A DNA stretch of 64,000 nucleotides from positions 1 to 64,000 of IMG/VR virus record IMGVR_UViG_3300032285_000709. One strand, 5' to 3'. This document shows positions 49,408-58,424 of the stretch, in pieces (the first letter of the stretch is position 1; each line of letters opens with the position of its first letter). Source of the stretch: a virus. Made by a program: the position numbers and the translations under genes. The notes under the pieces are model-generated. The model was not told where the DNA came from, ran no database searches, and saw only the letters and a program-made list of their open reading frames with translations.

Positions 49408-49878
49408 ATGATATTCAATAAAATAAAACAACTAAAAGAAGAAGGCAAAACAATTGGCATTACATTTAGCCAATTTGACATGTTACATGCAGGACACATT
49501 GCCATGCTGTCCGAGGTTAAAAATCACTGCGACTATCTAATTGCAGGGTTACAAAATAACGCACAATGGGACCGTCCGGAAAAGAACGCACCTATCCAAA
49601 GTATTGTTGAAAGACAAATCCAATTAAGTGCAGTTCGTTATGTTGACGAAATCGTTGTTTACAATACAGAAAAAGACCTAGAAGACATATTGCTAACATT
49701 ACCAATTGATGTTAGAATATTAGGTGTAGAGTATAAAGAAAAAGAATTTACTGGCAAGGATATTTGTGCCAAACGTGGTATTCAAATAATCTATAACGGA
49801 CGAGACCATAGTTTTAGTTCAAGCAGTCTACGTAAACGTGTAGTACAAGCGGAGAAAGAAAAGAATGGAAAAATGTAA
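49408..49878 (+). CDS. HxGH cytidylyltransferase (TagD/RfaE-II-like)
   Basis: FDMLHAGH, ER, YVDE, RDHSFSSSSLR. Confidence 0.85.
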   Translation: MIFNKIKQLKEEGKTIGITFSQFDMLHAGHIAMLSEVKNHCDYLIAGLQNNAQWDRPEKNAPIQSIVERQIQLSAVRYVDEIVVYNTEKDLEDILLTLPIDVRILGVEYKEKEFTGKDICAKRGIQIIYNGRDHSFSSSSLRKRVVQAEKEKNGKM

Positions 49879-50068
49879 TGCATGTGGTATTGAAATAACA
49901 GAAGATTCCGTACAGGTTTGTACATGGCGTCAAGGTCGGTGTCCCCATCAACCTGCACTAATCGACAGCGTACTTTCAGATCCATATAAGACTAGATTTT
50001 ATAATCTAATACAATCTATCAAGAATTTTTTTACAAAGGATGACTGCAACTGCGGTCATAAACATTAA
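49865..50068 (+). CDS. small Cys-rich hypothetical protein
   Basis: CxxC...C.WRQGRCPH. Confidence 0.5.
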   Translation: MEKCNACGIEITEDSVQVCTWRQGRCPHQPALIDSVLSDPYKTRFYNLIQSIKNFFTKDDCNCGHKH

Positions 50069-50292
50069 TGACATCAGATGCAAAATTACAACAGTTATAC
50101 GATAACTTTTTAGAATTCACAGATCACATGGTCGGACAATACGGTCCTTATGAGGTAGCCGGTGTTATGCTGGCCCAGGCATTAAGTATCTATAAGTCAA
50201 GTATGAATGAAACAGAATTTGACATGATGGTTGATACTATCAGCGCAAGCCGCAGTAAAGTTCAAACATTTGAAAGGACAGTACTACAATGA
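50068..50292 (+). CDS. hypothetical protein
   Basis: Coupled ORF. Confidence 0.5.
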   Translation: MTSDAKLQQLYDNFLEFTDHMVGQYGPYEVAGVMLAQALSIYKSSMNETEFDMMVDTISASRSKVQTFERTVLQ

Positions 50293-50452
50293 GTAAAGGA
50301 AGTAGACCAAGACCACTAAAGGTACCTAAGGAACAATTCGATAATAACTTTGAAGGAATCTTTGGAAAGAGAGTACCTACTTATTTGAAGAAAATGATTC
50401 CAGACGAGCCTGTAATTAAACAAGAAACCAAAGAAGAACCTAAGGATAAAGA

Positions 50453-51379
50453 ATGAAAGAATTATGGGTAGAGAAATATCGTCCTAAGACTGTAGCAGAC
50501 TATGTGTTTAGAGATGACAACCAGCGCAATCAAGTCTTAACTTGGATCAAAGAAAAATCTATTCCGCATCTAATCTTAAGCGGAAGCCCGGGTATTGGTA
50601 AGACTACCCTAGCAAAGGTTTTGCTTAACGAAATCGGTGTAGAGGAATATGACATCCTACAGATTAACGCCAGTCGCGATAACGGTGTAGAATACCTGCG
50701 TGATACTATTGTTACGTTTGTAAGCATGATTCCGTTCGGTCCATTTAAGGTTGTGTTGTTAGACGAAGCTGATTACTTGACACATAATGCGCAGGCGGTG
50801 TTGCGAGGCGTTATGGAAGAATTCCATGATACTGCAAGATTTATTCTTACATGCAATCTTAAGAGCAAGATCATGCCTGCATTGTTTAGTCGCTCGCAAG
50901 GATTTGATATGGTCAAGACAGATCAAACTGAATTTACTGCTCGTGTAGCAACTATCCTTGTCGAAGAGAATGTAGAATTTGATCTAGATACATTAGATAC
51001 TATTGTAAAAGCAACTTACCCAGACTTACGTAAGTGTATTAACCTAGCACAACAAAGTATTGTTGACAATAAGTTAGTACTACCAGGAGTAGGCGATGCC
51101 GGGCAAGCAGACTATAAAGTAGAAATGGTTAATCTGTTTAAAGCAGGTGATATCCAAGGTGCCCGAAAACTGTTATGCGGAACTGTGCGTCCAGAAGAGA
51201 TGGAAGAAGTTTATACTTGGATGTATCAAAACTTAGACTTGTTTGGCAAAGATGACGATCAGAAAGACTCAGCATTGTTTATCATCAAGCAAGGATTATG
51301 CGATCATGCTATCATCGCCGATCCGGAAATTAATCTAGCAACTGTACTTGCCAAACTAGGCAGATTACAGAAGCAATAA
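50453..51379 (+). CDS. clamp loader AAA+ subunit (RFC small subunit / T4 gp44-like)
   Basis: LWVEKYRP, GSPGIGKTT, INAS, LDEAD, FILTCN, SR. Confidence 0.92.
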   Translation: MKELWVEKYRPKTVADYVFRDDNQRNQVLTWIKEKSIPHLILSGSPGIGKTTLAKVLLNEIGVEEYDILQINASRDNGVEYLRDTIVTFVSMIPFGPFKVVLLDEADYLTHNAQAVLRGVMEEFHDTARFILTCNLKSKIMPALFSRSQGFDMVKTDQTEFTARVATILVEENVEFDLDTLDTIVKATYPDLRKCINLAQQSIVDNKLVLPGVGDAGQADYKVEMVNLFKAGDIQGARKLLCGTVRPEEMEEVYTWMYQNLDLFGKDDDQKDSALFIIKQGLCDHAIIADPEINLATVLAKLGRLQKQ

Positions 51380-51380
51380 A

Positions 51381-51430
51381 AAACCGCGCTATCCGGATTT
51401 GCAGGTCTGGGTGAATGCGCGGTTTCTCTT
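51381..51430. terminator. bidirectional terminator between convergent genes
   Basis: AAACCGCG...CGCGGTTT long hairpin with A- and T-rich flanks. Confidence 0.65.
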
Positions 51431-51445
51431 GAATTGATTTAGAGT

Positions 51446-52195
51446 TTAATCAGTATCCAGCTCCTTGTATATAGATAAAACTTCGCGAACGACCGGGTGG
51501 CGTTCGATATCCTTTGTTTGAAACTTGGCCATGGCAATCATTCGGCAGTCACCTCCTTCATCGAATAATGTGCAGAATTCCAACAAACCGTTTTCACGGG
51601 GTCGGTCAGCCTGATTCAAATCTCCAGTCACAACCATTCGGCTACCTTCACCTAACCGTGTAAGTAGCATCTTCATTTGTGATGGCGTTGCGTTTTGCAT
51701 TTCGTCGGCAACAATCATAGCGTGTTTAAATGTACGACCACGCATATATGCCAACGGACTAATTTCAATTACACCTTCTTCTAGCATTTCTGCAATTTGT
51801 TTAGTGTGATAATATTCTTGAAATACGTCCATAATGGGCTTTGTCCAGGGCTCCATTTTTTGATTTAACGTACCTGGGAGGAAGCCATGTTCCTCGTCTA
51901 CACTTACAGCTGGCCTTGTAATGATTATGCGCTCAATCACCCCCTCTTTTAATTGTTTAATGGCCCACTGAACACCCAACATAGTTTTACCCGTACCGGC
52001 TGGGCCGATAGCGAATACAATATGTTTTTTGGGATTCTTTAGAAGTTCTAAGTATACCTCCTGCGAAGTGTTTCGCGGAACTATATGAACCTGCTGTTTC
52101 TTTTTGAAATAAGTGTTTATTTCTACTACATTTTGACTGTCGTTATAACGTGAACCCTGTTGTGGATTACGTCTTTTTGCGCTGTTTCTAGACAA
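51446..52195 (-). CDS. phoH: PhoH family ATPase
   Basis: GPAGTGKT, ITRPAV, GFLPG, YMRGRT, DEMQN, GDLNQ; TTG start with GGAGG RBS. Confidence 0.95.
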   Translation of the reverse strand: MSRNSAKRRNPQQGSRYNDSQNVVEINTYFKKKQQVHIVPRNTSQEVYLELLKNPKKHIVFAIGPAGTGKTMLGVQWAIKQLKEGVIERIIITRPAVSVDEEHGFLPGTLNQKMEPWTKPIMDVFQEYYHTKQIAEMLEEGVIEISPLAYMRGRTFKHAMIVADEMQNATPSQMKMLLTRLGEGSRMVVTGDLNQADRPRENGLLEFCTLFDEGGDCRMIAMAKFQTKDIERHPVVREVLSIYKELDTD

Positions 52196-52320
52196 ATCTA
52201 ACCTCCATTAGTTAGGAGACCTGCAAAGATATTTACGACAATTTTAAAAAACAGGGTTCAAATAGGGTTTTTTTGGATAGACGAATCTTAGCATAAATAT
52301 TCAAGTTATCAGGAACTCAC

Positions 52321-52875
52321 ATGCACGATATAGTAGACATTGTTAAAAACATACAAACATTAGCGGCAGACGATTCATCATTTAAAATACTCAAAGACTA
52401 TGAGCGTGTTTTAGATGATCTAGATCTGTACGTATTTAAAAACTGGGAAGATGGCGAGTTACTTGCAGGCCCTAACGTCAGCCGATATTTTGTTAGCTGT
52501 AAATTCATGTGGCCAGAAAATGATATGCCAGATCCAGAAGGTGCAGAACGTCTACTAGAATATGGTTGTAAGGTCACATTCCAAAAGAACAAAATTCTAG
52601 TTCCACGTAAAGTACGCAAGCCAAGCGACTTCCGCCCTGGTACAAAGAAAGGTAAGATTGATCCACATCCTATTTGGGTCGTAGAGATTACTATTCCTAA
52701 GAAATTAATGCAGGATATCTTTACAGGTAAAGAATTACAAGATAATATTCAATATGCAGAAGCAATGCAACGAGCAGAAGCAAGTAATATCGAACCAACA
52801 GAAGCGGCACAAGAAGCTATGCCAAATCAAATAGACAGTACGGAGCAAACAGATGTCCCAGCAACCCCACAATAA
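52321..52875 (+). CDS. hypothetical late protein
   Basis: TAAATA upstream; MPDPEG motif. Confidence 0.6.
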   Translation: MHDIVDIVKNIQTLAADDSSFKILKDYERVLDDLDLYVFKNWEDGELLAGPNVSRYFVSCKFMWPENDMPDPEGAERLLEYGCKVTFQKNKILVPRKVRKPSDFRPGTKKGKIDPHPIWVVEITIPKKLMQDIFTGKELQDNIQYAEAMQRAEASNIEPTEAAQEAMPNQIDSTEQTDVPATPQ

Positions 52876-53608
52876 ACTGTTTGAAGGTCTTAGAGAAGGG
52901 GACCTAAAAGGCTGTGTAGACAGTATCTTTACCGTAGATCAATATACAAGCAAGATGGGCAACGATCGTGATTGTGCTGTATTACGTTTTAGAGTTAACG
53001 ATAAATTCCCTGCGATCGATATGATGGAATTCCTTGAGCGTGGCTACGGATTTATTCTCGATTCTGATATTAGCTCAGGTGAGGAACGTGATAGCAAATA
53101 TAGTGTGTTTGTTGAAATGGAACGCACTAAAAAATTACCGAGCCAAATTAGAACTATTTTAGACGGTCTATCTAAACTCACAGGCAATGAAGAATGGAAG
53201 TTTAGATTCTACAAAGATTCTATGAGCCGTGACTTTACTGAAGAAGGAATTACAGAAAGTGTTCCATTAACTCCAGAAGAGTACGATATGAAATTAAACG
53301 AAAACAAAAATCAAGAAGTTAACGAATTTTTTAGCGAAGGTGGAGTTGAAGTTTCAATAGATGAAGGAATGACTCTTACTTTTAAAAAGCCATTCTTTGA
53401 AAATTTAAAATTAGAATTAGAATGCATTGGTCAGTACGATAATATTATGCAGGACCTTAAAGGACCTTATCAGATCGACGAAACATCAACGTCGGAAATA
53501 TTTTATCTTACCAAATATTTAGGTAACTATGATATTAACAAAATAGGTGGCAAGTTTGTTATTAGAAAAAATAACCAAGCCGCTCTTGTAAATTTTAATA
53601 AAGGATAA
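52853..53608 (+). CDS. hypothetical protein
   Basis: Coupled ORF. Confidence 0.6.
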   Translation: MSQQPHNKLFEGLREGDLKGCVDSIFTVDQYTSKMGNDRDCAVLRFRVNDKFPAIDMMEFLERGYGFILDSDISSGEERDSKYSVFVEMERTKKLPSQIRTILDGLSKLTGNEEWKFRFYKDSMSRDFTEEGITESVPLTPEEYDMKLNENKNQEVNEFFSEGGVEVSIDEGMTLTFKKPFFENLKLELECIGQYDNIMQDLKGPYQIDETSTSEIFYLTKYLGNYDINKIGGKFVIRKNNQAALVNFNKG

Positions 53609-53610
53609 AC

Positions 53611-54240
53611 ATGTCAGATTTTACATTCGATTTTACAGTAGACAAATTAGCTCAGATACTTCCAGGTAACCCCTATCTAGATCACTGGCATGAAGCATTG
53701 TGCAAAATTTTGCCAGACTACGACATCGATACCCCTGAGCGTGTAGCGGCTTTTTTAGCACAAACAGCACACGAGTCAGGTGGCTATAAAGCACTAAAAG
53801 AAAATTTAAACTATCGTGCAGAGACACTATGCAAGGTATGGCCAAGACTATTTCCTAATATGGATATAGCGAACCAGTATGCACACAAACCAGAAGCTAT
53901 TGCTAATCGTGCATACGGCGGGCGTATGGGCAACGGTCCCGAGGAATCAGGAGACGGTTATCGCTATTGCGGAAGAGGATTAATACAATTGACTGGTAAG
54001 CAAAACTATACCAAGTTTGCCGAAAGCATTGATACACCATTAGAAGAAATTCCAGACTTTCTAGCTACATTTGAAGGTGCTATTCAATCAGCTTGCTGGT
54101 TCTGGGAAACTAATAACCTAAACCAATACGCAGACAGCGGCGACATTCTTACTATGACTAAGAAGATCAACGGCGGAACACTAGGCCTTGCAGATCGCCA
54201 ACAGCATTACCAACACGCTATTCACGTCCTACAAGGATAA
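53611..54240 (+). CDS. glycoside hydrolase family 19 endolysin
   Basis: AAFLAQTAHES, ENLNY, GRGLIQLTG, TKKINGG. Confidence 0.92.
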   Translation: MSDFTFDFTVDKLAQILPGNPYLDHWHEALCKILPDYDIDTPERVAAFLAQTAHESGGYKALKENLNYRAETLCKVWPRLFPNMDIANQYAHKPEAIANRAYGGRMGNGPEESGDGYRYCGRGLIQLTGKQNYTKFAESIDTPLEEIPDFLATFEGAIQSACWFWETNNLNQYADSGDILTMTKKINGGTLGLADRQQHYQHAIHVLQG

Positions 54241-54243
54241 GCC

Positions 54244-54726
54244 ATGAGCCAAATTGCTTGGATGTTCAGTTTAATACCTGATGCCGTTCTAAACTGGGTC
54301 TACTGGTTTATTATCGCATTAGGCATCTCAGGTATAGCGGCTGGTTGGTTAGGTCGCTGGATTCCGTTATACGGAAAATACGTAGGATTTCTAAAACCAG
54401 CTGGCGTTGCTGTGTTAGTTTTAGGAGTTTGGCTACGTGGCGGTTACGATACAGAAATGGCATGGAGAGCTAAGGTAGAAGAAGCACAGGCTAAAGTTGC
54501 GGCCGCCGAAGTTAAATCCAAAGAAACTAATGTAGTTGTAAAAAAAGTATATGTTGATCGTGTAAAGAAAGTTAAAGAATTACAGATCGTCTATCAAGAT
54601 CGTATTAAAGAAATCGAAAAGCGGATCGACGCAGAATGTAAGGTTGCTCCAGAAGCAATCAGTATCTTAAACGATGCCGCGAAACTCCGCAAAGGAACTG
54701 TTACTATTGAGGAGGTTAAGAAATGA
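54244..54726 (+). CDS. putative inner-membrane spanin (Rz-like)
   Basis: TM helices plus coiled coil; lies between the endolysin and a lipoprotein. Confidence 0.6.
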   Translation: MSQIAWMFSLIPDAVLNWVYWFIIALGISGIAAGWLGRWIPLYGKYVGFLKPAGVAVLVLGVWLRGGYDTEMAWRAKVEEAQAKVAAAEVKSKETNVVVKKVYVDRVKKVKELQIVYQDRIKEIEKRIDAECKVAPEAISILNDAAKLRKGTVTIEEVKK

Positions 54727-54992
54727 AACGTTTATTAGTTTTATTTTCTGTATTATTGCTAACAGCATGTGCTACCTCAGTACCAGTAACAATGAACTTT
54801 CCACAAGTACCCGAAGAGTTGAAAGTTGCATGTCCCGATTTAAAAGAAACTGATCCAAATACTACAAAACTTAGCGAAGTTGTATCAGTAGTTGTTGATA
54901 ATTATGGACAATATCAAGAATGTCGAATTAAAGTCGATGCTTGGATACAATGGTACGATAGTCAAAAGAAAATATTTGAGAGCATCAAATGA
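54723..54992 (+). CDS. putative outer-membrane spanin (Rz1-like lipoprotein)
   Basis: Lipobox LTAC; P..L...C; NY..Y..C. Confidence 0.65.
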   Translation: MKRLLVLFSVLLLTACATSVPVTMNFPQVPEELKVACPDLKETDPNTTKLSEVVSVVVDNYGQYQECRIKVDAWIQWYDSQKKIFESIK

Positions 54993-55390
54993 AAAAAATA
55001 ATCCTACTTGCAGTAATTAGTTTGTTGCAAGGGTGTGCATTGTATGATGCGTACTTCATGGCACGATTTGACAACAACGAATATTTACTAATCAATAAAA
55101 TTAGAACTGAAGCAAACTTAGGAGCGGCCAAATGCGGCAAGCCCGAAGTAATTGAAGAAGTTGATCGTGTGTGGAGAACTGCTGTAGAGTTTAAAAATTA
55201 TACACAGAGTATTCCCCACAACGAAGAAGCTACAAAGATGGGTAGCGAGTTAGCTGAAATTGTTAAAGGGTTAAGTGATCGATATCACGGAAAAGAACCT
55301 GTTAGCATGATGTATTGCACTACTAAATTTAGCAGTATTGAGCGCAACGCTGTTAATATACAAAACGTTATAGGGAAGAAACCAAGATGA
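54989..55390 (+). CDS. putative lipoprotein
   Basis: Lipobox LQGC. Confidence 0.6.
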   Translation: MKKIILLAVISLLQGCALYDAYFMARFDNNEYLLINKIRTEANLGAAKCGKPEVIEEVDRVWRTAVEFKNYTQSIPHNEEATKMGSELAEIVKGLSDRYHGKEPVSMMYCTTKFSSIERNAVNIQNVIGKKPR

Positions 55391-55641
55391 GCGTAGAAAT
55401 TAATCAAGCATTAGAAGCTATTTTTAATACCGGCGATCCTAATATGCAGGATCTTGCTAACCGTGCTCTAGCACTAAAGCAAGCACTAGAACAAGGTCAA
55501 ATTAGTGCGGGTGAATATAAAGAAATGATCACTGATTTGTATCACGAAAAGAATATTAACGAAGCTGTACAAGATCTAGCACTAAAAGAACACATAAATT
55601 CAGCAATGAACGCCCTGATAAATCTAGCATCATTGTATTAA
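55387..55641 (+). CDS. hypothetical protein
   Basis: Coupled ORF. Confidence 0.55.
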   Translation: MSVEINQALEAIFNTGDPNMQDLANRALALKQALEQGQISAGEYKEMITDLYHEKNINEAVQDLALKEHINSAMNALINLASLY

Positions 55642-55666
55642 ATAAGAGTATAGTAAGGAGCGAACG

Positions 55667-56251
55667 ATGGCACTAATCGATTCAGTATTAAATTTAGTAA
55701 ACAAAACACCAAAAGATCCGGATGCGCCTAAGCCGCCGGTTGGATCAAGATCAGAGCGCGAAGCAAAGATCAAAGATAAAGCAGGTATGGTTATCAACAT
55801 ATTTGCTTTATGTCTAGCAGTCAACGCATGGTATGGCGGCAAGTTGTCTAGCACAGTATTAAACAATACTATCAAGGCTAACGACACTTATAGCTTCTAT
55901 CAAGCTAAATCAATTAAGCAAAGTCTAGCAGAACAAAACTTGTACGAAGCACAACACAATGGTGATAAAGCTCGTGCCGCCGAGATGGCCGCAAAGATCG
56001 ATCGTTATGAAAACGAGCCTAAAGAAGGTAAGAAGGATTTAATGATTAAAGCCAAAGCATTAGAAGCAGAAAGAGATGATGCTAAGATGCGTAGCCCATG
56101 GATTGGATATGCGAGTACAGCATATCAATTAGCAATCGTTTTACTATCCGCAAGTATCCTTGCTGTTAGTATGCCTTTGTTCTGGGGTAGCTTTGTAGTA
56201 GCAGGTATTGGTTTAGTATTGAGCCTGCAAGGAGCTTTACTATGGTTCTAA
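55667..56251 (+). CDS. DUF4337-like membrane protein
   Basis: FYQAKSIKQ, QLAIVLLSASIL; TM-coiled coil-TM layout. Confidence 0.65.
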   Translation: MALIDSVLNLVNKTPKDPDAPKPPVGSRSEREAKIKDKAGMVINIFALCLAVNAWYGGKLSSTVLNNTIKANDTYSFYQAKSIKQSLAEQNLYEAQHNGDKARAAEMAAKIDRYENEPKEGKKDLMIKAKALEAERDDAKMRSPWIGYASTAYQLAIVLLSASILAVSMPLFWGSFVVAGIGLVLSLQGALLWF

Positions 56252-56313
56252 ATAACACTGATGATTGCCCTATCTGCGGGCATAAACATCCTAAACAATA
56301 AATTGGAGCATTT

Positions 56314-56841
56314 ATGACAGATCAAGTATTAAGCGAAAGCGAAAAGAAAAAAGAAGATTGGATGAACAGTAAATGGCGTCCAATGATGGGTTGGATGTAT
56401 ATGTTAATCTGTACAATGGATATGGTTGTATTTCCAATTCTATGGAGTTTATTACAAGCTGTAACTCATACTGCAATTACACAATGGAATCCACTGACAC
56501 TACAGGGCGCCGGTCTATTCCATATCGCCATGGGTGCAGTTCTTGGTATTGCGGCATTTGGTCGTACACAAGAAAAACTAAACGGAGCAAACAATGGCGG
56601 AGCAAACGTACCATCAAGCAACTTTACAGCACCTAGCGCACCTGCGCCAAGCTTCGGTGCCGCACCTGGGGGCTTCAGTTCTCCAGCACCAGCACCAGCC
56701 CCAAGTAGCTTTGGCGGAGGCGGGTTTGGAAGCACACCTCCAGCACCAGCGCCAAGTTTCGGAGGCGGATTTAATTCATCGCCAGCAGTAAACGCCAAAG
56801 GCCAAAAAGTTGTTCCACAAGACGACTTTCCACCACTATAA
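56314..56841 (+). CDS. holin-like membrane protein (GTA 3TM-holin-like) with G/P/S-rich tail
   Basis: KWRPMMGW, LGIAAFGRTQEK. Confidence 0.6.
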   Translation: MTDQVLSESEKKKEDWMNSKWRPMMGWMYMLICTMDMVVFPILWSLLQAVTHTAITQWNPLTLQGAGLFHIAMGAVLGIAAFGRTQEKLNGANNGGANVPSSNFTAPSAPAPSFGAAPGGFSSPAPAPAPSSFGGGGFGSTPPAPAPSFGGGFNSSPAVNAKGQKVVPQDDFPPL

Positions 56842-56852
56842 GGAAATTTAAA

Positions 56853-57035
56853 ATGAAAAAATTATTAGCATTATTATTAGTAGCAGTATTTGCCTCAACA
56901 GCAATGGCCGCTGAGCCAGTCAAGAAGGCCCCAGCTAAGAAAGAAGCCCCAGCTAAGAAAGAAGTCAAAAAACATAAAAAGTTTGATGGTGAAAAAGTTC
57001 CAGAAAAGGCACCGGCACCAGCAAAGAAAAAGTAA
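56853..57035 (+). CDS. small secreted Lys/Ala/Pro-rich protein
   Basis: Signal peptide ending AMA; PAKK repeats. Confidence 0.55.
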   Translation: MKKLLALLLVAVFASTAMAAEPVKKAPAKKEAPAKKEVKKHKKFDGEKVPEKAPAPAKKK

Positions 57036-57043
57036 TTCTTTAT

Positions 57044-57073
57044 TTGACACAAGCAAGGCTTCGAGTGTATAAT
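57044..57073 (+). promoter_or_regulatory. sigma70-type promoter overlapping a terminator hairpin
   Basis: TTGACA-18-TATAAT within AGCAAGG...CCTTGCT followed by a T-run. Confidence 0.65.
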
Positions 57074-57105
57074 TACACTATGAACCTTGCTTTTTTATTT
57101 CCGAA

Positions 57106-57912
57106 ATGAACTATTACGATACCCTAGGCGTCAGTAAAGGCGCAACAGCAGATGAAATCAAAAAGGCCTATAGAAGCCTTGCAATGAAGCACCACCCCGA
57201 TCGTGGAGGTGATACTGCCAAATTCAAAGAAATCCAAGAAGCTTATGATACACTAAGCGATGATCAAAAACGTAGCAGTTACGATCAACCACAACAAGCA
57301 TACCATCAACATAATTCCGGATTTGGATTTCCGCCAGGATTTGATGCATTCTTTGGTCACAGTCAATTTAGTGACTTATTTAGACCGCATAGATCTCGAA
57401 ATAGAGATTTGAATTTTGCCACTCGCATTTCTTTAGAAGATGCATTTTATGGCAAAGAAATGGTTTTTAGTTTTATTAAAGCAAATGGTCAGGAAAAAAT
57501 CGTTAACGTAAAAATTCCAGCAGGTATACATAGCGGAATGACTTTACGATTAAGTGGTATGGGAGATGATACACTTAGCGGACTGCCAGCAGGCGATGTG
57601 TTAATTACTGTTGAAGTTATGAATCATCATGAGTTCGTTAGACAAGGCGATGACTTAATTAAAGAAATTGATTTAAATTGCTTTGATGCGATGTTAGGGT
57701 CTCAAATAAACATTACTACTATCGATGGCAAGACTTTAACTGGAAATGTTCCAGCTGGTACACAACACGATGCAATCATGGCCATCGCAGATCACGGAAT
57801 GCCAAATGTTAACAATAATGGTAGCAGAGGCCGACTACTTTTGCAATTAAAAATCAAAATCCCGACTATTAGCGAACAACAAAAAGAAGCTATACGAAAG
57901 ATTATAAAGTAA
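57106..57912 (+). CDS. DnaJ/CbpA-class J-domain co-chaperone without zinc finger
   Basis: YYDTLGV, HHPD, G/F-rich linker, DnaJ_C motifs. Confidence 0.92.
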   Translation: MNYYDTLGVSKGATADEIKKAYRSLAMKHHPDRGGDTAKFKEIQEAYDTLSDDQKRSSYDQPQQAYHQHNSGFGFPPGFDAFFGHSQFSDLFRPHRSRNRDLNFATRISLEDAFYGKEMVFSFIKANGQEKIVNVKIPAGIHSGMTLRLSGMGDDTLSGLPAGDVLITVEVMNHHEFVRQGDDLIKEIDLNCFDAMLGSQINITTIDGKTLTGNVPAGTQHDAIMAIADHGMPNVNNNGSRGRLLLQLKIKIPTISEQQKEAIRKIIK

Positions 57913-58424
57913 TGATACTACAAATTATTAAATTTCCAAATCCAATTCTAAGAACCAGGATGCCTGAGTTTGATTTCAAGAATCCCCTTATCGATCCAAA
58001 AGAATTAGAAACAAATTTAATCGAAACAATGTTTGCCAACGGGGGAATCGGACTTGCGGCAAATCAAGCAGGGATAGAAACCAGAGCGTTTGCTATGGGC
58101 GATCCACGTGTCCCAGAAAATGCCACTGTGTTTTTTAATCCAATCGTAACAGCTAATACAAAAGACATAGACGATTTGGAGGAAGGGTGCTTGAGTTTTC
58201 CCGGAATTTATGTTAATATTAAAAGACCTAAAGCTATCAAAGTCAGTTGGCAAAATAGCAGTGGGGAACCTATGGAAGGTGAGTTTGACGGTTACATGTG
58301 CAAGGTATTTTTACATGAGTTAGATCACCTCGAAGGGGTTGTGTTTTCAGATCGTGTCAGCCAATTAAAATGGGCAATGGCACTAAAAAAATTAAAATCA
58401 AATAGAAGGAAATTTAATGCTTGA
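57912..58424 (+). CDS. def: peptide deformylase
   Basis: GIGLAANQ, EGCLS, HELDH. Confidence 0.95.
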   Translation: MILQIIKFPNPILRTRMPEFDFKNPLIDPKELETNLIETMFANGGIGLAANQAGIETRAFAMGDPRVPENATVFFNPIVTANTKDIDDLEEGCLSFPGIYVNIKRPKAIKVSWQNSSGEPMEGEFDGYMCKVFLHELDHLEGVVFSDRVSQLKWAMALKKLKSNRRKFNA

